Positions 57,390 to 64,000 of a stretch of 64,000 nucleotides of DNA are shown here, in pieces. The DNA is from a virus (lineage: Duplodnaviria > Caudoviricetes). The notes beneath the pieces are model-generated. The model was given only the letters and a program-made list of their open reading frames with translations. It had not been told where the DNA came from and made no database searches. Numbering within the stretch: position 1 is the first letter of the stretch; every line of letters starts with the position of its first letter. The stretch spans positions 20,114-84,113 of IMG/VR virus record IMGVR_UViG_3300021431_000010. One strand, written 5' to 3'. The translations under genes and the position numbers were made by a program.

Positions 57390-59216
57390 ATGGCTAAGAA
57401 AAAATACGATTTTTGGGGATGGGCCACTAGAAACGATTTAAAATGCTCCGATGGAAGAACAATTCGTCACAACGCTTTTAAAGATTGTGATGGGTTGACA
57501 GTTCCACTTGTTTGGAATCACCAGCATAATGATCCGGATAACATTTTGGGCCATGCGCTTCTAAAGAACACTGATGAAGGTGTTAAAGCATATGGCTTTT
57601 TTAATGAACTTCCGAAATCACAAAGAATTAAAGCAATTTTACAGCATGGTGACATTGCGAGTTTGTCCATTTTCGCTAATGGGTTAAAGCAAACTGCTGA
57701 AGGCGATGTAGTGCATGGAGTTATTAGAGAAGTAAGCTTAGTTCTTGCTGGTGCAAATCCGGGAGCTTCAATCGAGTATGTCATGGCTCACAGTGCTGAC
57801 GAAGATCCTGTAGCTGTTGGCGCTGAAATTTATACTGGTGAAGATTTGTTTGTTGAGCATAGCGATAAATCTGATGAAATCGAAATTGTCGATGATCCTG
57901 AAGAAGTTGAAGAAAAATCAGAAGAAGAGGCAAAAGAAGAACCTAAAGAAGAGCTTGCTCATGCTGACGATCCACAAGCTAAATCAAATGAAGATGGAGA
58001 GGAAAAAGAAATGGCAGACAAAAAAGAAGATATGACTGTTCAGGATGTCCTGGATTCAATGACTCCGGAGCAGAGAAAAGTTACTGAATACCTTGTTGGC
58101 GAAGCTTTAGCTTCTGCTGGCGCTGAAGATGAAGAAGAGGATGAAGAAATGAAGCATAATGCATTTGACAATGATGAAGTCATCGAAAACGATGGCATGA
58201 CCGAAGAAATTTTTACAGCTTTACAGGATGCAAAGAGATACGGTTCAGTTAAGGAATCTTTATTAGCTCATGGCTTGAACAGCGATGAAGTTCTTGTTCA
58301 CAGTGTAGAACATCTTGACTACTTGGCACCTGAATACAGAAATGTTTCAAACGATATTCCGTTTGTAAACACCATTCCTAATGGATGGATTTCCGTAATC
58401 AACAACGGTGTTCATAAGACTCCGTTTGCTAAGATCAAGATGATGCACGCTGACATTTCTCCGGCTACTGCTAGAGCTAAAGGTTATGTCAAGGGTACTA
58501 AGAAGGTTGAAGAAGTCTTCAAGCTGTTAAAGAGAAAAGTTGATCCGACGACTATTTATAAGCTCCAGAGCTTTGACCGTGATGATGTTATTGATATTAC
58601 TGATATCGATATGATCGCATGGGTTAAGAAAGAAATGCGCATTAAGCTGGATGAAGAAAGGGCACGTGCTTATATTTTCGGTGATGGCAGATCTACTACT
58701 GATCCTGATAAGATCAATGAACAAAACATTATCCCAGTTGTTAAGGATACAGAAGAAAATCTTTATGCAATGGCATATACCGTTACACCAGCAGAAGGTG
58801 AAACATTAGCTCATGCTGTTACTAATCAGATGGTTAAGTCTCTTGATGACTATGAGGGTTCTGGTAACATCACTGCATTCGTTAGAACTGATATCGTTTC
58901 TGACATTCTGTTAATGGAAGACAAGATTGGCCAGAGACTTTACAAGGGCATGAACGAAGTTGCTTCTGCTATGTCTGTTGACCGTGTTGTTAAGGTTCCG
59001 ACTAGCGTTATGCCAGAAGATGTTTACGCTGTTGCTCTCGATCTGAACGACTACAATGTTGGTATGAACAAGGGCGGTGAGGTATCTCTGTTCGACGATT
59101 TCGATATCGACTACAACAAGATGAAGTATTTGATTGAAACTCGTTGCTCTGGTGCTTTAGTACTTCCTCATTCTGCTATCGTTCTGAAAGCAGCTGACGG
59201 TACAAACGAAGGTTAG
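57390..59216 (+). CDS. Prohead protease - major capsid protein fusion (HK97-type)
   Basis: N-terminal VPLVWNHQH...LSI...EVSLV..GANPGA protease, acidic linker, capsid body. Confidence 0.85.
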   Translation: MAKKKYDFWGWATRNDLKCSDGRTIRHNAFKDCDGLTVPLVWNHQHNDPDNILGHALLKNTDEGVKAYGFFNELPKSQRIKAILQHGDIASLSIFANGLKQTAEGDVVHGVIREVSLVLAGANPGASIEYVMAHSADEDPVAVGAEIYTGEDLFVEHSDKSDEIEIVDDPEEVEEKSEEEAKEEPKEELAHADDPQAKSNEDGEEKEMADKKEDMTVQDVLDSMTPEQRKVTEYLVGEALASAGAEDEEEDEEMKHNAFDNDEVIENDGMTEEIFTALQDAKRYGSVKESLLAHGLNSDEVLVHSVEHLDYLAPEYRNVSNDIPFVNTIPNGWISVINNGVHKTPFAKIKMMHADISPATARAKGYVKGTKKVEEVFKLLKRKVDPTTIYKLQSFDRDDVIDITDIDMIAWVKKEMRIKLDEERARAYIFGDGRSTTDPDKINEQNIIPVVKDTEENLYAMAYTVTPAEGETLAHAVTNQMVKSLDDYEGSGNITAFVRTDIVSDILLMEDKIGQRLYKGMNEVASAMSVDRVVKVPTSVMPEDVYAVALDLNDYNVGMNKGGEVSLFDDFDIDYNKMKYLIETRCSGALVLPHSAIVLKAADGTNEG

Positions 59217-59250
59217 TCAACGATTATTCGATAGAAAGGAATAATTCAAA

Positions 59251-59577
59251 ATGGCGAAATGGTATGGGCAAATAGGCTTTGCAGTTACTGAAGAGACAGC
59301 TCCTGATGTTTGGACGGAGCATATTATTGAACGTTCTTACTATGGAGATGTTCTGAGAAATTACAAAACTTCTGGAGTTTCAACTGAAATTAACGAAGGC
59401 TTTAACATTTCAAACCAAATAAGCTTTATTGCCGATCCATACGCTAGAGAAAATTTCTATCGAATGAAATACGTTACATTTATGGGTACTAGATGGAAGA
59501 TTAATGATATCGAAGTTCAGTATCCTAGATTAATTATGTCGTTAGGAGGTTTGTGGAATGGCGAGAAACCGAACTGA
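59251..59577 (+). CDS. Head closure / stopper protein
   Basis: Size, position, ISFIADPYA..YPRLI. Confidence 0.6.
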   Translation: MAKWYGQIGFAVTEETAPDVWTEHIIERSYYGDVLRNYKTSGVSTEINEGFNISNQISFIADPYARENFYRMKYVTFMGTRWKINDIEVQYPRLIMSLGGLWNGEKPN

Positions 59578-59869
59578 ACTTTCCCCAATTCTTAGGGAAA
59601 TTTTAGGTAATAAGAACGTTTATTTTCAATCTCCAGCGCAGCATTTACTTAAGTATCCGTGTATAGTTTATGAAAGAGCTTCGCGTGATATTGATTATGC
59701 TGATGACACCTCATATAAAGGTTTAAATCAGTATACTATTACATTAATTGATAGAAATCCGGACAACGACGATTATGTGGACAAATTATTGGAGCTTCCA
59801 TACTGTTCATATGATCGCCGTTTTGTTTCGGATAATCTTTATCATGATGTGTTTAACTTATATTTTTAA
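59558..59869 (+). CDS. Tail terminator-like protein
   Basis: VYFQ..LKYPCIVY; position. Confidence 0.6.
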   Translation: MARNRTELSPILREILGNKNVYFQSPAQHLLKYPCIVYERASRDIDYADDTSYKGLNQYTITLIDRNPDNDDYVDKLLELPYCSYDRRFVSDNLYHDVFNLYF

Positions 59870-59881
59870 TGGAGGAATAAA

Positions 59882-60562
59882 ATGGCCAAATTAGTTTGGG
59901 ATCAGATTGGCGAAAAAGTATACGAAACTGGTGCTCGTAATGCAGTTCTCTATCTGATTGACAGCAGCAATGTTTATTCTAAGGGCGTCGCTTGGAATGG
60001 TCTTTTAGGCTTTGACGAAAATCCTTCAGGTGCAGAACCAACCAAATTGTGGGCAGATGATATTAACTACATCACTATGTTCTCAGCTGAAGAATACGGC
60101 GGCACAATTAGAGCTTACACTTATCCTGATGAATTTGAAGCATGCGATGGTTCTGCATCACTTCTTGCTAACGATGCAAAGGGTGTTGTTATCGGCCAGC
60201 AGGCTCGTCAGCCGTTTGGCTTCTGTTATAGGACAATTGTCGGTAATGATACTCAGGGTGATAACTATGGTTATAAACTGCACATTGTTTATGGCTGTAA
60301 GGCATCTCCTTCCGCAAAGACTCATGACACTGTAAACGACTCACCGTCAGCAGTTGAAATGTCTTGGGAAGTTTCTTGTACACCAGTTCCAGTAACTGGA
60401 TTCAAACCGACTTGCACTCTTGAGGTTGATTCTACTAAGCTGACTGCTGAAAAGATGAAAGCATTAGAGGATGTTCTTTACGGAACTGACGGTGCTTCTG
60501 GTAGCGAAGGAACTACAGCTAGACTTCCTTTACCAGACGAGATTAAGACAATTTTAGCTTAA
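59882..60562 (+). CDS. Major tail protein
   Basis: LVWDQ.GEK.YETG, GVAWNG, AYTYPDEF. Confidence 0.8.
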   Translation: MAKLVWDQIGEKVYETGARNAVLYLIDSSNVYSKGVAWNGLLGFDENPSGAEPTKLWADDINYITMFSAEEYGGTIRAYTYPDEFEACDGSASLLANDAKGVVIGQQARQPFGFCYRTIVGNDTQGDNYGYKLHIVYGCKASPSAKTHDTVNDSPSAVEMSWEVSCTPVPVTGFKPTCTLEVDSTKLTAEKMKALEDVLYGTDGASGSEGTTARLPLPDEIKTILA

Positions 60563-60634
60563 TAGCAAATAATCAAAATGGAGAAGGGCTGTTTAGTTTT
60601 CTATTCAGCCCTTTATTTATGAAAGGAGAGAACA

Positions 60635-61078
60635 ATGTATAAAAAGACAGTCACTTATACAGATTTTAATGGAGTAGAAAGAACAGAGGATTTTTACTTC
60701 AATTTTACGAAAGCTGAATTAATGGATATGCAGTTTTCGAAAGATGGTGGTTTATTAGAAACCATTAAAAAGATTATTAAAGCCAAAGATACAAACGCTC
60801 TAATTGCCTTGTTTAAAGAAACAGTTATTAAAGCGTACGGTGTCAAGAGCGAAGATGGCAGACGCTTTATTAAGAATGATCAGATTCGTGAAGATTTTAT
60901 GTCAACTGAGGCATATTCTGACATTTATCTCGAATTAGCCACAGATTCCAACGCTGCTGCAGATTTTATTAATAAAGTGTTACCAGCAGGCCTTGCTGAT
61001 CAAGCGAATGAGCTTATCGCAAAAGGCGAAGTTGATGAAGAAACTAAGCAATTATTAAACAAAATTAAATCTGAATAA
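60635..61078 (+). CDS. Tail assembly chaperone
   Basis: YTDFNGVERTEDFYFN; after major tail gene. Confidence 0.65.
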   Translation: MYKKTVTYTDFNGVERTEDFYFNFTKAELMDMQFSKDGGLLETIKKIIKAKDTNALIALFKETVIKAYGVKSEDGRRFIKNDQIREDFMSTEAYSDIYLELATDSNAAADFINKVLPAGLADQANELIAKGEVDEETKQLLNKIKSE

Positions 61079-61080
61079 TC

Positions 61081-61629
61081 ATGCTTAAAATAACTATTCC
61101 AAAAGGGGAATGGTTTGACGAGCAAAGACAAGAATTCATAAATATTGATCGTGAAATTTGTCTTTCGCTTGAGCATTCTTTAGTTTCTTTATCAAAGTGG
61201 GAGTCCAAATGGAAGAAGCCATATCTTTCATTGGAAGATAAAACAAAAGAAGAAAAAATAGATTACATTCGTTGTATGACTTTAACTCAGAATGTAGATC
61301 CGATTATATATTACTGTATTCCTCCGATTGAAATGGCAAAGATTGACGCATATATAAATGATTCAATGACTGCCACGACATTTAGCGATGTTGATAAGAA
61401 TAAACCAAGAGGAAAAGAGGTAATCACTGCAGAGATTATTTACTATTGGATGGTCAGCTATAACATTCCATTTGAATGTCAAAAATGGCATTTAAGTAGA
61501 TTGATGACTTTAATCCGAGTATGCGCAGTTAAGAACGCTCCTGCTAAAAACATGTCTAACAAAGAGATTTACAATCGAAACAAGGCATTAAATAAGGCAA
61601 GAAGAGCAAAGTTACATAGTAAAGGATAA
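61081..61629 (+). CDS. Tail assembly protein
   Basis: LEHSLVSLSKWESKW; position. Confidence 0.55.
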   Translation: MLKITIPKGEWFDEQRQEFINIDREICLSLEHSLVSLSKWESKWKKPYLSLEDKTKEEKIDYIRCMTLTQNVDPIIYYCIPPIEMAKIDAYINDSMTATTFSDVDKNKPRGKEVITAEIIYYWMVSYNIPFECQKWHLSRLMTLIRVCAVKNAPAKNMSNKEIYNRNKALNKARRAKLHSKG

Positions 61630-61646
61630 TCGATGGGAGTGGTGGA

Positions 61647-62021
61647 ATGTTTAAAGTATCATCAAAAGGAAAATTTGAAAAGGCTAAAGACTATTTAAAG
61701 AAAATGCAGAAGCCTATAAATATTCAAACTCTTGAAAGATATGGCGACGAAGGTGTTGCTGCTTTGATGGAAGCCACTCCTATTGACACTGGTTTAACAA
61801 TGGCATCCTGGTATTACAGGATTGTTGAAGAACAGGGAAGAATCAAAATAGAGTTTTGTAATTCTCATATCGAAAAAGATGTTCCTATTGCCATTATTCT
61901 GCAATATGGCCACGGAACAGGAACTGGTGGATGGGTGGAAGGTAGAGACTATATTAATCCGGCAATTGCACCGGTATTTGATAGGCTTACCGATCAAGCA
62001 TGGAAGGAGATTGGTCAATGA
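61647..62021 (+). CDS. HK97 gp10-like neck/tail protein
   Basis: ATPIDTG..SW, LQYGHGT..G, YINPA. Confidence 0.6.
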   Translation: MFKVSSKGKFEKAKDYLKKMQKPINIQTLERYGDEGVAALMEATPIDTGLTMASWYYRIVEEQGRIKIEFCNSHIEKDVPIAIILQYGHGTGTGGWVEGRDYINPAIAPVFDRLTDQAWKEIGQ

Positions 62022-64000
62022 GCAGAACTATAGATGAACGAGTTGTAACTCTACAGTTTGATAATGCTGAATTTGAAAAGAATGTAAAGACTTCCATGTC
62101 CTCATTAGACAAACTTGAAAAGAGTTTGAAGTTTAAAGATGCGGATGAGGGTTTTAAAAGAGTAAACGCTGCTGCAGAAAAAACAAATTTTAGCCCATTA
62201 ATTAAAGCTCAGGTAACTGTTACCGAGGGCTTTTCTAAAATGGAACGAGTAGCAATAAATGTTCTTAGTAGTATCGCAATTCGAGCTGAACAGGCTGGCG
62301 AAAGACTTGTAAAGTCGTTAACCATTGACAATATTTCTAGTGGATGGGATAAGTATAACGACAAAATTGCTTCAGTTCAGACATTAGTGAACTCAACTGG
62401 TAAATCGATTGATGAAATAAACGATTCACTAGATAAATTAATGTGGTTCTCAGATGAAACTTCTTATAGTTTCAATGATATGACCAAGTCGTTGGCACAA
62501 CTGACATCTTCTGGTGGTAAAGTTGAAAACTTAATGCCGATGATTATGGGTATTGCCAATGCAACCGCGTTTGCAGGTAAATCCACAAACGAATTTTCTA
62601 GAGCAATTTATAATTTAAATCAGTCTTATGGCGCAGGTTCATTGAAATACATGGACTGGAAGTCTTTGGAACTTGCCGGCGTAGCGACAAAAGATTTAAA
62701 GCAGGCTTTTATAGACACTGCTATTGAACTTGGCAGATTAAACGAATTTGGTCAAACATCAAAAGGAACACTTGTAGAACTTGGAAATTTTGGTGAAACA
62801 TTAAAAGAAGGATGGGCCGATACTTCGGTTATGGAACAGACTTTTGGAAAGTTTTATCAGTATACCGAAATGGCTTATCAAATGATCCAAGAAGGTCAAG
62901 CTGAAAGTGCTTCTGATGCTTATGCTAAGTTGTCTAAGATTTATGATGATATTTATATAAAGGCCGCAAGATCTGCTCAGGAAGCAAAAACTTTTGGAGA
63001 AGCAGTTGAGGCAACTAAGGACGCTGTTTCAACTAAATGGATGAAATCGTTTGATACGATTTTTGGAAATTACGACCAAGCAAAAGAAACTTGGACAAAT
63101 TTAGCAAACGATTTTTGGGAAATATTTGCTTCTAGCGGTGATGCAAGAAATAATATTCTTTCTGGGGCATTTAATGATGATTACACTCAGTTAAAGGGTT
63201 TATTTAAAAGAGCAGGTGCCGATTTTAATAGTTTTAATAAAGAATTTGAGACATATTTAAAAGATAGCGGGTATGATATTGCTGGTTTAATTAAAGAATA
63301 TGGAACATTAGGTAATGCAATATCACATAATGCCGATATTATGCAAATTGAGTCCGAAAGATATAACAATTTGGGCGGAATGCTTAAAAGATATATTAGT
63401 TGGACAAAACTTAACTTAACCGAATACTCAAGTAGTGTTAAAGATGTTGAAGCTATTACAGAACATTTACAAACATTATTCGATAATGTATGGCTTGGAA
63501 CGTATGGTAATGGAGAAGAGCGAGTAAGAAAACTAACTGAAGCGAATCTTGATTACGCTACAACACAGAAACTAATTAACAAACTTGCAGAAGATGGCCA
63601 TAGAGCTGGATATAAGCTTTTGGCAGATGATATTGCTCATTTGTCAGATGAAGAGCTTAAAAATATGGGTATTACTCGTGAGCAAGCTTATGTTCTTTCT
63701 GAAGCTTTGCAAGATGTTTCTGACGAAGCAAAAAGTGCTCAAGAGGATCTTGGCAATCTTCTTACCAAAATGGGAAGACGTTCTGGTCAAGTTCTTCTTT
63801 CACAAACAATTACCAATATTACCGGAAGCATTATAGCTCTTCAAACGGCAGCTAGAGAAGCCTGGGCTACTGTATTCGAAGATATTAATTTTAGTGATAT
63901 TATTTACAACGCTTTGGAGCGTTTAGAAAGCTTCACAGCAGGAATAAAAACAGCAATAGAAGAATCCGAAACATTAAGAAAGATATTTGAAGGCGTATTC
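62018..64000 (+). CDS. Tape measure protein (truncated by window end; not in ORF track)
   Basis: ATG 62018, MSRTIDERVVTLQFDNAEFEKNV..., helical composition, frame appears open to the window end. Confidence 0.85.
   Translation, partial: MSRTIDERVVTLQFDNAEFEKNVKTSMSSLDKLEKSLKFKDADEGFKRVNAAAEKTNFSPLIKAQVTVTEGFSKMERVAINVLSSIAIRAEQAGERLVKSLTIDNISSGWDKYNDKIASVQTLVNSTGKSIDEINDSLDKLMWFSDETSYSFNDMTKSLAQLTSSGGKVENLMPMIMGIANATAFAGKSTNEFSRAIYNLNQSYGAGSLKYMDWKSLELAGVATKDLKQAFIDTAIELGRLNEFGQTSKGTLVELGNFGETLKEGWADTSVMEQTFGKFYQYTEMAYQMIQEGQAESASDAYAKLSKIYDDIYIKAARSAQEAKTFGEAVEATKDAVSTKWMKSFDTIFGNYDQAKETWTNLANDFWEIFASSGDARNNILSGAFNDDYTQLKGLFKRAGADFNSFNKEFETYLKDSGYDIAGLIKEYGTLGNAISHNADIMQIESERYNNLGGMLKRYISWTKLNLTEYSSSVKDVEAITEHLQTLFDNVWLGTYGNGEERVRKLTEANLDYATTQKLINKLAEDGHRAGYKLLADDIAHLSDEELKNMGITREQAYVLSEALQDVSDEAKSAQEDLGNLLTKMGRRSGQVLLSQTITNITGSIIALQTAAREAWATVFEDINFSDIIYNALERLESFTAGIKTAIEESETLRKIFEGVF

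Noticed and set aside
60635-61629. Programmed frameshift between tail chaperone genes
   Set aside because: No clear slippery heptamer was seen, and the second ORF has its own ATG right after the first stop.
2468-63369. Minus-strand and nested short ORFs in the track other than the integrase
   Set aside because: They overlap well-supported + strand genes, and none shows a recognisable protein motif.

Overview
This window is most of a temperate, long-tailed (siphovirus-type) dsDNA phage genome. The low GC and strong AGGAGG ribosome binding sites suggest a Bacillota host (inference). Almost all genes are on the + strand. Order: tail-fibre and lysis genes (1-6.8 kb); intact attP-like region and tyrosine integrase on the - strand (7.3-8.5 kb); an array of small genes, each in its own promoter-RBS-ORF-terminator unit (8.6-19 kb); a second small-gene array joined by a GGAGAAACAGAATGA junction (20.7-23.5 kb); replication genes including a 1390-aa helicase-primase-polymerase fusion (30-42 kb); a 998-aa single-chain two-barrel RNA polymerase with GADFDGD (42.6-45.6 kb); packaging, head and tail genes (46-64 kb, tape measure cut by the window end). 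The most interesting hypothesis is a self-contained transcription programme with three parts. (i) A phage RNA polymerase and about 38 copies of a non-host-like promoter motif that is absent from the late region. (ii) An N-terminal L-x-H tag shared by the polymerase, five small basic proteins, the portal and the capsid linker, suggesting capsid loading and maturation cleavage. (iii) Long-stem RNA elements whose loops are complementary to the RBS of early/middle genes, up to 16 nt exact. Two non-coding cassettes (a tRNA-like RNA with an expanded anticodon loop, and a double T-loop RNA) sit inside the gene arrays. All family assignments come from motif recognition by eye; no database searches were run.
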